From positions 1 to 64,000 of the forward strand of contig NIVC01001291.1 in assembly GCA_002269645.1 (NCBI GenBank): a stretch of DNA of 64,000 nucleotides. Direction: 5' to 3'. Within the stretch, counting starts at the first letter, position 1; the number at the start of each line of letters is the position of its first letter. Below are positions 34,390 through 46,203 of the stretch, piece after piece. The translations under genes and the position numbers were made by a program. Source of the stretch: Macrostomum lignano (lineage: Eukaryota). The notes below the pieces were generated by a model, which was not told the DNA's origin, made no database searches, and saw only the letters and a list, made by a program, of their open reading frames with translations.

Positions 34390-35452
34390 ATGGGCGCCTA
34401 CAAGTTCATCTCGGAGCTGTACCGCAAAAAGCAATCCGATGTGATGCGCTTCATTTTGCGCCTGCGCTGCTGGCACCTGCGCCAGAGGCACGTGATCCAC
34501 CGGGCCACCAAGCCCACCCGGCCGGACAGGGCCCGCCGCCTTGGCTACAAGGCCAAGCAGGGCTTCGTCATCTACCGGATCCGCATCCGCCGCGGCGGTC
34601 GCAAGCGCCCGGTGCCCAAGGGCGCCACCTATGGCAAGCCGGTGCACGAGGGTGTCAACCAGTTGAAGAACCAGCGCAGCCATCAGGCCATCGCCGAGGT
34701 CAGGGTCACGTGTGACCGGGGAAAGGGCACTCTATGGCTGAAGAACAGGGGGTGGCGCCACTCTATGGCTGAAGAACAGGGGGTGGCGCCACTCTATGGC
34801 TGAAGAACAGGGGGTGGCGCTACTCTATGGCTGAAGAACAGGGGGTGGCGCCACTCTATGGCTGAAGAACAGGGGGTGGCGCCACTCTATGGCTGAAGAA
34901 CAGGGGGTGGCGCCACTCTATGGCTGAATAACAGGAGGTGGCGCCACTCTATGGCTGAAGAACAGGGGGTGGCGCCACTCTATGGCTGAAGAACTCGGGG
35001 GGGGGAGGGTGGCGGCACTCTATGACTAAAGAACAGAACGGGGTGGCACTAGGCTACAACTGAAGCGGGATGATAAAGGGATAAATGAATTTGATAAGCG
35101 GCTTCCATTCTGCAATTCAATGCCCAAACCAATTCCCACACATCAGGAGCGAATCGGCCGCAAGATCGGCGCCCTCCGCGTGCTGGGCTCCTACTGGATC
35201 GCGCAGGACTCCACCTACAAGTTCTACGAGGTGATCCTGGTGGATCCCAACCACAAGGCCATCAGGCGCGACCCGCGCATCAACTGGATCTGCACCGCCA
35301 AGCACAAGCACAGGGAGATGCGCGGCCTGACCAGCTCTTCTAAGAAGAGCCGCGGACTGGGCAAGGGTCACCGGTTCCACCAGACCATTGGCGGTAGTCG
35401 GCACGCATTCTGGCGCAAGAACAACTTCCTGAGGATGCGCAGGAAGCGCTAG
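34390..35452 (+). CDS. RPL15: 60S ribosomal protein L15; exons 34390-34698 and 35147-35452 (204 aa)
   Basis: [21 protein letters not shown]...; the spliced length of 615 nt matches the canonical 204 aa. AATAAA at 35563. Confidence 0.98.
34728..35050 (+). repeat. RPL15 intron minisatellite, 31-bp unit CTCTATGGCTGAAGAACAGGGGGTGGCGCCA
   Basis: ~9 tandem units. Confidence 0.95.
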
Positions 35453-36451
35453 ACTCGGCGGAGATGAAAGCGCGCTGGCAGATTTATGACTTTAAAAAAG
35501 TGTTGGCAGCCGCTCTGCGGCAAGCGTTTGACGGATTGGCCTGCTGGATTAAAAAAATAATAAATAAAAATGTGTGCATCAACTGCAGTTCATGAAACTG
35601 TTCATTGCTATTCTGTCTTTGTTGTTACTGATTTTTATTAACTGATTTGGACAGAATAACAACCAGAGCTGACGGCAACTCCGCCCATTTCCGCACACAC
35701 AAGTGCTCCAATACTGTACTCAGGCATGCACTCGTACACACGCTCACACAGGGTGTACGGTGGCCCCGAAGCAGCAAGTTTCACGACTCTCTGCAAGTGT
35801 CTCTACTACGAACCGAACGTAACTCTCGTAGTTGTTGATAGGCTACTGACGGTCAATTATTTAAAGTACCACACTGCTCTCCAAACGATTAAACAATTAT
35901 GCACGATTGCATTTGCTCAAACTACCTGTTGAGGCAGTTTGACCATTCCGAAGCAGGCACTTCCTACATACTCGGTGAAGGCCTCTATCCACTGCAGCTT
36001 CCGACGACCCACGTACATTACTCCCGGATTTGTGATGCGCATTTCTTGGCCAAGAATTTGGTCACTAATTGTCTGGACTTGCATGGGCCAGGGGCATTGT
36101 GATGAAGAAAATCGTAGCACGAGCTCTAATTCTTGGATGAAGGTTTGGGTAACTGCAGATCACAGTCGGAATTGGCAGAGTTGCCTCAGATGTGGTTGTG
36201 GGACGATATCGCCCATGCATATCGCTCGCGCCTCTTAACTAAATTAGTAATTCATTTGAGTCTTAAGAGGTAATCAATTGCTCACTGGCTATTCGATAAA
36301 TGATTCAGTAAGATGTTAATGCTTGAGGCGTGTATTTCCCTGGAAACTTTTGTATAGGAAGTACAGAAGCGGTAACAGTTGCGTCTTATATAGATATTTG
36401 AGTCAATTTTCACGGATGGTTCACTGCTGGTCGGTCCAAAGCCCCGACTGC

Positions 36452-36954
36452 TCAGCCGCGCCAGGCTCTGTAGTAGCAGTAGCAGGTCGGGCACTTGCCG
36501 CAGTGGTACCTGGCCGGCCTTGTCAGGTCCACGATGCGCTTTCGCCGGTTCTCAGCCACCGGGTCGCTGTCCGTCCAGTGGATTTCAAACTTGCTGCCGG
36601 CTGCCACTGGAAACGCGTCGATGCCGTCTTCGAAGCCGGCGGCGTCGCTGGCGCACATCAGGCAGTCGGCGCACTTGCTGCAGATTTTGCGCCGCTCCGG
36701 CTCGGAGACCGGCACCAGAATGTCGAAGCCTGCGGGACAGTTTGTTGGGGCGATCAAGCTTCACCTGATAAGTTCTGATTGGCAGCTGAATTAGCACAGC
36801 GCACGAGTTTACAGAACTCACCTGAGTCGATTTTGTCCTCTACGGAAGCCGCCTTGTCGTCTCTGACGGATTCGACCTTGTCGGCGCTGACGTACAGCAG
36901 CAGCAGAGCCAGGTGCAGAGCGGCCAGGCCTGCTGATGACGGCTTGATGTGCAT
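36452..36954 (-). CDS. Small secreted Cys-rich precursor (~136 aa); exons 36954-36822 and 36729-36452
   Basis: Signal peptide MHIKPSSAGLAALHLALLLLYVSA. Phase-1 splice TCAG|GTGAGT..CCCGCAG|GC. Two 4-Cys clusters separated by RRKR. Confidence 0.6.
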
Positions 36955-37539
36955 AGCAACTCGAGACTCCAATAGTTATTTCTGACTTGAGGAGAAGGTT
37001 GACGCTTAGTTGGCGAAGGAGCGCAGCATCGATGCCAGCGCCGGACACATCGGCTTTTATGCTCTCCAGCTGCTGTTTGCTGATCTCATGGGGTGGGGCG
37101 GTGAGCTGAAACAAAGGAGCAGCTTGGCCCCGCCTCCATCTTCCTGACAGTCCAGAATCTGTGCCAGTCACGCTGCATCCAGCGCAACCTGCCACTCCAG
37201 CGTTTCTCCAATTCCTGTCTCGTGCTATCTGGGATAAAAAATAACTTGTTTTGCCTCCCATGTCAGGTCATGTAAGCGATGGCGTCAGGCAGATGGCTTC
37301 CTTAGCGGTCGCTTCTAAATTTGCAAGGGTTGTTCAACACTGACACGATTCTACATTTTCTTTGATTGAACACCAAAAATAAATCTGTCGATGAATTTGA
37401 TCGAGCGGAAATTCCTACAAGCTGCCATGCGTTTTTTTCGCTTGACTTCTTTGATAATTTGAATTCGAGTTATAAATTGAATAAATCCGATCGTTGTTCG
37501 GAATAATAAAATACATTCATTTCCGTTGAAACTTTCATG

Positions 37540-38226
37540 GGGGCTGGCAGGCCACATCATCCGCGCCGAGTCGTACTGCCCACAGCCGGTGCAGGAGGTG
37601 CTGCTGCTGTTGTTGTTGTTGTTGTTGGGGCAAAGGCGCCGAGGGAGTCAGAGACTTCGCCTCGCAAGCGCCACCGACCTCGCGGGGGCGACGGTCAGAA
37701 TCCCGGGGTCCAGGGTGTCCTCGTCGAACAGCTCGAGGCGGAGCCTCCGGAGGGCCGGGCAACCGAGCCAGTGCTCGAGGTCTTCCGGGCCCTCCTCGCA
37801 GCGTGGGCAAATGGGGTCCGCCGTCGGGTTGACGATGCGACTGTACGCGCGGAGAAGGCTGCAGTGGCCCGCGCGGAGCCTCGCCAGGAGGACGGCATCC
37901 TGACGATTCTGGAGTTCGGCGCGGTCGCGTTGCCGGTTGAGCGCGCGGTACACGGAAATCGTGCGGGCGTGGGTCAGGGGCGGGTCGCCGATTTCGCGCC
38001 TGACCGCTGCCACCGCGCTGCTGTACGAGGTGCTCGCTGACGCGCCAGCGATGGATGCGGCATTCTTGGCGGCTGCTGACGCTGCAGGCACCCTACCGGC
38101 GGGGGCAGGCGCGCACTCGGCGTTTCGTCGACTGCCTGCTGGCTGACGCCCCAGATTCGGCCGGCGGCGTGGCGTTCATTCGGGACCTGGCCTTGAGGCG
38201 CGCCCTGTGACGCTGACTGCGTATTC

Positions 38227-38281
<55 letters not shown>
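37540..38281 (+). mobile_element. 5'-truncated RTE-like retrotransposon 3' end with a (TTG)n tail, interrupted by an insertion; remainder of the tail at 43893-43913
   Basis: Removing 37610-38078 restores LAGHIIRAESYCPQPVQEVLLLTLQAPYRRGQARTRRFVDCLL...RRAL* (stop 38208-38210). Matches the 6.6-6.9 kb copy. Confidence 0.8.
37610..38071 (-). mobile_element. 5'-truncated Ingi/I-group non-LTR fragment with a (CAA)n tail and 7-bp TSD GCTGCTG
   Basis: C-terminal Zn finger LARLRAGH..CPRC..EDLEHWLGCP, short 3' UTR, TSD at 37603-37609 and 38072-38078. Confidence 0.85.
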
Positions 38282-38282
<1 letters not shown>

Positions 38283-41200
38283 GCGGAGATGAGCTCAAAG
38301 GGGCCGCCAGTCGATGGCCCCCAGGAGCTGCGCCACTACTTCTCCTCGTGCAAGGTCACCAATGCTAGTGACGCCGATGGTGCGTCTAGTAAGTTCGAGC
38401 TTAGGACAATGGAGAATATGGAACTGCTCAGTCGGTTGATTGCATAGCCGGCATGGCCCTCCTTCAGCGATGCCTGTTCGGTGACGATAGTAGGATGATT
38501 CTGGGCAATGGCCGGATCTGACTTGGGATATAAGCGTCTTCTGCCGACGAGAGCCCGTTCCTGGGGACACCGGGGTGCGGTATACCTCCAGGTGTCCTGG
38601 CAGGTCGGGCTGATACCTAAGGTGATGGTAGATCCGCTCCTTGGAGGCGGGGAGCGAGATAAGCACCTGATCTTGACAGAGAGTCGCTGCGACTTTCGCT
38701 TCTGTGTCGACGAGTTCATTGCCGTGCACTCCCGAGTGCCCGGGCACCCAGAGCAGCGTAAGTTTGGTCCTATGGGCCGCGGTCACGAGGAGGGTCTTCG
38801 CTAGCTCGAGCCTAACGTTCAGCGTGGGCCGGTCGGCTTGGATGGCGGTAATGGCACTTTGACTGTCCGTGAGGATGGCGGCGCAGGCGGGAGCGGAATC
38901 AATGATGTCCTGAAGCGCGAGAGTAATGGCTTGAAGCTCGGCCTCGTAGGAATTGCACCATCGGCCAGCTGCCGCGTGCCCTCTGCGGATGATGGTGCCG
39001 TCTTCTTTGTGGAGGAGGATCCAGGCCGATCCCCCGTTGGTGGTGCCTCCTGAGGCTGAACCGTCAGTGAAGTAGAGGGCTGCGTCGGGACAACGCTGCT
39101 CAATCGCGGAGAGCACTGCCTCGGTCGCAGATCCTTCATGCTCGGGGAGTTTGGTGTACATCTGCACCCCGCAATCAACCAGCGAGTCCCATGGGGGATT
39201 GCGGATCGTAGGTATAGGCAGACGCGGGAGAGGGATCATAGCGTTGCAGATGGCTCTGGCTTGCTCTCGTAGCCCTTTGTTGGCTGCTAGCCGGATGTTG
39301 AGTTGCCTGTCGCAAATCTGCCGGAACGGATCGTCGGCCGGGCGGCGGTTTGCTTTCTCGTAGGCCATCAGGGCCCTACGGCGGGCTTCGAGGCTGATCG
39401 GACTGACGTTGGTTTCCATATAGATGGCTTCCACCGGTGTCGAGCGTGGCAATCCCGTGATGGCTCTGAGGGCTTCTCTTTGAGCGCGGTCCAGGTCGTC
39501 GAGGCGGGTACTGGACAGCCATGGAGTCCAGGCAGCAGCAGCGTGCCAGACCACAGATTCGACGAGTGCTCGATAAACCCGGAGGAGCAGGGCGCGGTCC
39601 CAGCCCCATTCGCGATGGGCGAGCGCGCGGATGATGGCGGTTCTGCGTGCCATCTTCTCTTTGACCGCGTTGGAGTGCTTATCGAAAAGGAGGCTATGGT
39701 CTATCCACACCCCGAGGAACTTCAGTTCTTTCTTGGAGGGGATCGAGTGGCCGTTCAGCGAGAGGTGAAGAGCGCGGTCGCGGTCGGCGCGGTCCCTGCT
39801 GTAGAGGCAGCATTCGGTCTTGGATGGATTAAGGTCAATGCGCAGGTGATCTGCCCACTGTCCGATCTTCTGGAGCGCATCTTGAGTGCGAGCAAGAAGC
39901 TCTCGGATGTCGCGGCCCGTCGTCCAGAGTGCGATGTCGTCCGCGTAGCCGCTATATTCGACATTCGCCGTCATGTAGTCGGACCAGGCATTAACGTAGA
40001 GAAGGAAGAGGGCCGGCGAGCTGACAGCCCCTTGCGGGACTCCCTCACGGAGCCGGCGCCATTTTCCGGTGGTCGCGCCGATTCTAACGGCAATTTGGCG
40101 GCCCTCAAGGAAACTGTCAAACCATTTGACCATACAGGCGGGAAGGCCCTCGTCCATCATCCGGGCGAGGAGTCGGGCCCTCCAGACTCTGTCAAACGCT
40201 CTGGAGCAGTCTATGAGCACGGCAAGGGTTTTGAGATGCGGGTTGCGCTCCCAACCGTCTTGAATGGCCTGGACCAGGCGGGCGACCTGTTCTTCGCAGC
40301 CCCGGCCTCGTTGGAAGCCGGCTTGCCATAGTTGAATCTTTCTATGTTGCTCCAGCCAGTAGTAGAGGCGGTCCAGAATGAGTCTTTCGAGAATTTTGCA
40401 GCAGATGGAGGTGAGGCTAACTGGTCTGTAACTGCTTCGATCCTTGGGGTCCTTGCCATCCTTGAGCAGAGGAATGATGATAGCTTGCTTCCAGGGGCCA
40501 GGGCAGTGTCCAGTGCGCCAGCAGCGGTTGAAGACCTTGAGCCACGCGGCTCTCCAGCGGTCGGGCAGGAGCAGAAAGAACGCTGCTTCAATGCCATCGG
40601 GGCCGCATTTCTTGCTGGGATCAAGTCTGTCGAGAGCTCTGAGCAGTTCACCCTCGGTGAAGTCACGGCGATAGTTGTCGTCGTCCGCCTCATAGGAGGC
40701 TAGGCGAGTAGCCGTTTGCTCCTTGAATTTGCGGTGGGTGGCGTCGTGCTTCAGAGTGCTAATGTCTTCATAATATCTGCCGAAGGCGTTGGCTTTGTCC
40801 TTGTCGGTACAGAGTTCCTTTCCATTTACGACCAGGTTCTCGTTAGGGTGGGCCGCTTGTTTGCCGTTGCTAAGGCATTTGATGGTGTTCCAGACCTTTT
40901 TGGGGTCCTCGGATTCGGCCATTTTTCCGATAAAGTCCTTCCAAAATTCATGTTTCTTTTCGCCGCAGCGCTTGATAAGCTCCTGGCTTTTAGCGCGCCA
41001 TTCCTCGGGAGGGGCGGCGGCTTCACGGAGAGCGTTGCGATGATCACGCAGTTTGCTCAGCTCGTCATCCCAGTACGGTTTATTTCTGATGGAGACCTTT
41101 TTTCGCGGGATGGCCAGTTCTGCCGCTTTGAGCATACCTTTGGTAAGCCGGCTGACCTGTTTCTTGATGGAACCTCGGTTGAGGTGTTCACAGTTTTCCT

Positions 41201-41626
41201 CAAGAATGGACCTGAACTGAGACCAGTCGGCTTTCTTCCAAGCCCAGTGCAATCTGGGTGTCACTCGAAGAGTGTCCCGAGCAGTGCTGATAGAGATCAG
41301 GATAGGTTTGTGATCCGATCCAAGTTCATTGAGAGTGGACCAGGTGCAGCGGGGGGCGATCTCCTGGCTGGCAATGGAGAGGTCGGGAGCGCTGGAGCGC
41401 CCTGAGTGACGGTCGATGCAGGTGTGAGCTCCGGAGTTGAGTATCCGGTAGTTGGTAGAGGAACACCAGTTGATAAGGCAACGGGATTGAGGCAGGCTGT
41501 CCCGGCCCTGATCGGCGTCGCTCCCCCAGGATGGGTGGTGCAGGTTAAAGTCGCCCGTGATGATCTCGCGGTGGTGGCAGCGGAGCCAGCTGTCGACACT
41601 AGGATGTTCGCGGTGGTCCTCGCCTT

Positions 41627-42709
41627 GCTACTCCGTAGCTATCGACTCGCGCGATAACATCAATGACCAATGGAACCCTGGTGAGCTTCATTGCTACACC
41701 GACGGTTCTAAGCAGTCAGCCAACACCGGCTTTGGTGTTGGAATCTTTCTGAACGGGAGGGTCATCGCTACCCACGCTCAATACACTGGGGTCAACTCCA
41801 GTGTTTTCCAAAATGAAGTTCTGGCCATCAGCTCCTGCACTGCAGAGCTTCTCGCCACTGGCGTTACTGGTAAGAACATCATTTTCCATTCGGACAGCCA
41901 AGCTGCCTTGCACGCCATCAGTGGCTGCAGCACCAACTCTGCTACAGTCCTCGACTGTATCAATAAACTCCTTAACGTGTTGGGTTCCGCCAACAAAATT
42001 ACCCTTAAGTGGGTTCCGGGGCATGTGGGGATCCGAGGAAATGAGTTGGCTGACACCCTTGCAAAAGTTGGTGCCTCCGGCTCCTCTCTCGGCCCCGAAC
42101 CTCTTGTCCCGATTCCTGGCTGTGTCATCGACTCGCGCATCAAAGCGTGGATCAGGACTCAGCACCGCTCGACTTGGGCGAACCGCACGAACTGCAGGCA
42201 ATCCAGAGGCGCTGTCCCTCAGCCCTCTCACCAGCTCCGGAAGCTCCTCTTGCGCCTCTCGCGCAGAGACATCCGGGCTGCCACCATGACCCTCTCTGGT
42301 CACGGCTGCTTCTCCAGGCACCAGTACCTGCAGGGCAACGCCACCAACGCCACCTGTAGTTTCTGCAACTCAGGTGACGAAACCGCTGAGCATTTCGTCA
42401 GCATCTGTCCCGCCTTCACGCGGGCCAGACTCACTTACCTCGGGCCGTGCAAATTATAGATTACTGAAGCGTGCAAACCCGAAAACTTTAATCAGCTCAT
42501 GCGCTACCTTCGGGCCACCCGCAGGGCTGAACTCTCCTTTCCAGAGAGCACCATAGCTGCTGGCGACACTGGGGGACCTCCCTGGGCGGCGCCAACCCTC
42601 CGTCCATAGCGACGCGTCGGCCGTTCAGGGACTAGCGGAATGGGCGCCCGCGCCTTCCCGCTGTGTCCCCTCCGGGACAGCCCTGCAGCTAAGTCAAGAA
42701 GTAAGTCAA
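41627..42709 (+). mobile_element. 5'-truncated RNase H-bearing non-LTR element (Loa/I-group-like) with 12-bp TSD GGTCCTCGCCTT
   Basis: YTDGSK..EVLAI..SDSQAA..WVPGHVGIRGNELAD, then CSFC..ETAEHFVSICP. Tail TAAGTCAAGAAGTAAGTCAA. TSD at 41615-41626 and 42710-42721. Confidence 0.9.
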
Positions 42710-43630
42710 GGTCCTCGCCTTCGATACGTCGGATCGGGGGCGATAAATATTGGTGATGATAAGTCTGTCGCGGGCGGACGTGTTCACGACGATACGGCTC
42801 CCTTCAGTGGTGCCGCCGTTCCAGCCCTGGATTTTACGATACGGAATGCCTTGGCGGACGAAGAGCAACAGGCCTCCTCCTTTGATGCTGGGGTCGAGCC
42901 TAGCTACTTTGCGATCCTTGCGAACGGTGGAATAGCCTGACAGCTTAGGGGTTCGATTGAGCGACGTGAGCTTGGACTCCTGGACGGTGATAATATCGAC
43001 CTGAAGTCTCTGAGCTAGTTCCTCCAGCTCCCCCATCTTGTTGCAGATCCCGTCGGCGTTCCATTGCAGAATGGTTAAGGTCGGTTTCGAGCTGTCCCAA
43101 CCGGGAGCTGAGCTGCCGCGCCTAGGGATGGTCGGGTCCGAGCCCGTGGGGGAGGGTGGACTACGGCTGGCTGCTTTCGAGCAAGGAGGGCAGCGCCACA
43201 TTCCCCTGCTGACTTCGCGTTTAATCTGATCCCGGGTGGCCTGGGTGCAAGCATTATGGAAGAGACCTTCGCAGGTGTTACAGCACGCAATAACAGTGCT
43301 GATTCGGATGGGTTTGCGGCAGTGGGTGCAGTTCGGCTTGTCTCGTTGGATGCGTTGGAGCAGTTCTTGTCGCCGGCTAACTTCGGCGACTTCAGTAGGG
43401 GCCACCTCTGGCTGGCTGTCCGAGTCGAAAGAATAAGTGGAATTGACGGCGTTGCTGCCTCGGTTCGTGCAGCTAGTGCAGCGCCATTCGGTGGAGCCGA
43501 TGGCCTTGTTAGCCGCCCATCTGCTCAGCCCGGAGCAGTCGCGTTGGAGGTGGTAGTACTTATCACAGATGCGGCAGTGGAGGGACTTCCCTCTGAGCGG
43601 GCGTCCGCACTCACGCTGCCCGCAGAGAGC

Positions 43631-43720
43631 AGGTCCCGGGTTGAGCTCGATATCACCGGCCCTGAGCAGCAGCGTGGGAAGGTGGCGGGCCTCACTGCCG
43701 AGCTTCCCGTGGTCCAGGTA
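43631..43720 (-). other. 2A-like StopGo (ribosomal skipping) peptide
   Basis: ...EARHLPTLLLRAGDIELNPG|P fits D(V/I)ExNPGP and lies directly upstream of PHD1. Confidence 0.85.
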
Positions 43721-43783
43721 CGCGCTGCAGAGAAAGATAACAATCCAAGTAACCAAAAGCACGAGGGACGTAGTGTCCGTTTT

Positions 43784-43892
43784 CCGGCGCTCTTCGACCC
43801 CTTCCCAAGAGAGGTGCTCCCCTCCGCGACGAAGACGCGGCGCCGGGTAGGAGCTGCGGGCGAGCCGCAGGCTGCGCGTAAAGCACAGCGGG
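43784..43892 (-). ncRNA. Candidate HDV-like ribozyme / structured 5' leader of the Ingi-like element
   Basis: Manual fold: P2 CCGGCGC/GCGCCGG, P3 CGCG/CGCG around L3 UCUUCGU, P4 ACCUCU/AGGGGU, J4/2 CGAA. P1 (GCUCCU/GGGAGC) is imperfect. Two extra hairpins upstream. Confidence 0.4.
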
Positions 43893-45196
43893 TGTTGTTG
43901 TTGTTGTTGTTGTGTATACAATGTAGTTACAACATACCATATATATACAGTATACACATTCTTCATGATTCGTTTGAACACAGATTGGAATTGTTAATTA
44001 CTAAATCAATGATGAATAAATAAACTGTTAATTTTATTTATACACTCATAATGGAACACTTCTGGCGCAAGCGATCAGTTGCAAAGCAGATAATTATTGC
44101 CGTTTCTGATTGAAAACATACGCTCGTACATGTTATTGCCAAATCTACGGATAATTAAGAATTAATTATTATTTGAACAAGAAATACTCGTATAACAAAT
44201 AGATTCCTAATTCTGCTTATTACCTGGCCCTCTATTATTCCAAGTAAATAAATTTTAGTTTATGTAATGAACATACTATACATTTTAAAGCTTTCATATG
44301 AATTAGAACACATACGACTACACATAATTAGTTATATCGTAGATGCGATCATTTTAACATATGAGCTACACTTCACTTAAATCACTTTTATCGTCTGGGA
44401 CTCCTGAGAAGAACATTGAGCAAGTAAGCAGTTTTTTTATAAATGATGTTCAATCGCAATCGGAAATTTAATCCACCGTTTTAGGGGTCTGAGCGGGTGC
44501 TTTTAAGTTTTTAAAGAATCAGAGAATCTTTTATTGCAAAATTAAACTTCATTTTAAAAAGGTCAGGACTCTGAGGTAAACCTACACGCACGATGCACAT
44601 ACTAAAAAGCAATATTTCTAAGAATCATTCATCTGCAAAAAAGTAATGTTTATTTATTATCATAGGTGAAATTTACCTCGTCGGTTATATTTTAGAAACT
44701 TCTATTCTGTCCTTTATAATTTTAAATCTAATATGTTAATACTTTACATTTTATACAAATAATATATATTATACGAATATATATATTATAGTGATAAGAT
44801 ATTTTGAGAAAGTTAAAGCAAATTTATTTTAATATAATTATAAATATAATAGCAATGCAATTAAAATCATTGGCTCTATCAGAAATTTAAATCAATTTTC
44901 CCCAGGTGCCAGGTCATTTTGTCATTTTCATTTAAAATTTTGTGTAAATCATCTGACCAGCATATTTAAACAAAACTCACAAATTATGGACTGTCAATTG
45001 TTTCAGAAAAAATGGATGATATTCGGAGCGAACCCGGCCAAATAGACCAATCAACTGGGACCCAAAAAGGTAAAATTATATTTTGATATAAAATTGTTGG
45101 TGATGTAATAATACATGTCGTCATGACATTAACAGTGAGCATCGCGACCCCACGCAGACTCCCACTCCATCCATCATCAAGTCCAGCCTGCAGTAG

Positions 45197-45924
45197 CTGC
45201 TCATTCGGCCAAAACGCTGCCTGCAGAAAAACTTCATCGAATCGAATCGCAGAACTGTTGAATGCGGACTGATTCGGCAGCAGCGGCACGAGCGTTGCCA
45301 TGGCAACAAGACCAAGTAAGGAATGTCGTATCAATAACTAAAGTACATGATGTTCTATCGGCCTCGTACCTGCAATTTAATTTCCTACAAAAACTCAACA
45401 GATTTGGCGACTCTGTGCAGCAGCTGCTGACCAACAAGTTCATCTCTGCTGACAGACTCGACGGAGCTGCTCAGGTAAGGCGAAAGTTGACTGAAGAAAA
45501 GTGCCTGATCTTGATGGACCAGTACACTACTCATACTAAGTAGCAAGTAAAGAAAATGACTAAGAAAAATTCTCATTCAAAGGTAGCTGTGTAGCAGATC
45601 AACTGTAGAAAATGGCTAATCAATCATACACGAATTTTTCAACGCCAGGGAGGCCAGGAGCAGCAGCAGCAGAGCAAAGTCACTGAATTGGCCCTGGGAA
45701 ACCGAGCAGTTCTTCTGCGCCGGCAACAGCGGCAGCCTGTCAGAGGCCTAAAAGCCGAAAGCTGGCCACGGTGCAGCCGAGGCTGGACACGTTCCGAAGC
45801 GAGCGGGCGCGGCAGGCGGCCAGCCAGGTGTGGCTGGGGGAGCGCAGCCACCGACTGGGCGTCAACGGGCTCGGGATTTGCGCACCGAGCCGGCGCTGAC
45901 ATTGCGCTGAGAGTATTCTGCTGA
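45197..45924 (+). CDS. Hypothetical multi-exon gene (45197-45315, 45402-45474, 45649-45924); 5' end unresolved
   Basis: Three segments join in frame through GTAAG donors and AG acceptors. No family recognised. Confidence 0.35.
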
Positions 45925-45933
45925 CGGGGTTCT

Positions 45934-46203
45934 GGAGTCTGACAGATCTATGGGGTGGAAGCTGTGGAGTCTGACAGATCTATGGGGTGGAAGCTGTGGA
46001 GTCTGACAGATCTATGGGGTGGAAGCTGTGGAGTCTGACAGATCTATGGGGTGGAAGCTGTGGAGTCTGACAGATCTATGGGGTGGAAGCTGTGGAGTCT
46101 GACAGATCTATGGGGTGGAAGCTGTGGAGTCTGACAGATCTATGGGGTGGAAGCTGTGGAGTCTGACAGATCTATGGGGTGGAAGCTGTGGAGTCTGACA
46201 GAT
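45934..46203 (+). repeat. 32-bp minisatellite GCTGTGGAGTCTGACAGATCTATGGGGTGGAA (~8 copies)
   Basis: Near-identical tandem units. Confidence 0.95.

Larger units (their letters stand above)
38283..43892 (-). mobile_element. Near full-length Ingi-clade-like non-LTR retrotransposon: 2A-PHD-PHD-APE-RT-RNase H-Zn finger, (CAA)n tail; split by an insertion
   Basis: APE motifs LQWNADGI/QESK (42689-43981 ORF) and GDFN/SDH (41.3-41.6 kb). RT GVPQGAVSSP and YADD. RNase H YFTDGS..WVPGHSGVHGNE. Two C4HC3 PHD-like fingers. A single ORF once the insertion and a 1-nt slip are corrected. Confidence 0.92.

Noticed and set aside
35700-36150. Possible very old RTE RT fragment on the minus strand (FTEYVGS resembling FKYLGS)
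   Set aside because: Too degenerate and full of stops to support without a search.
39303-41405. Plus-strand ORFs of 229-342 aa
   Set aside because: Antisense shadows of the GC-rich RT ORF.
43893-43981. ATG start (MFKRIMK...) for the Ingi ORF
   Set aside because: Lies in AT-rich flank outside the element, beyond the (TTG)n tract.
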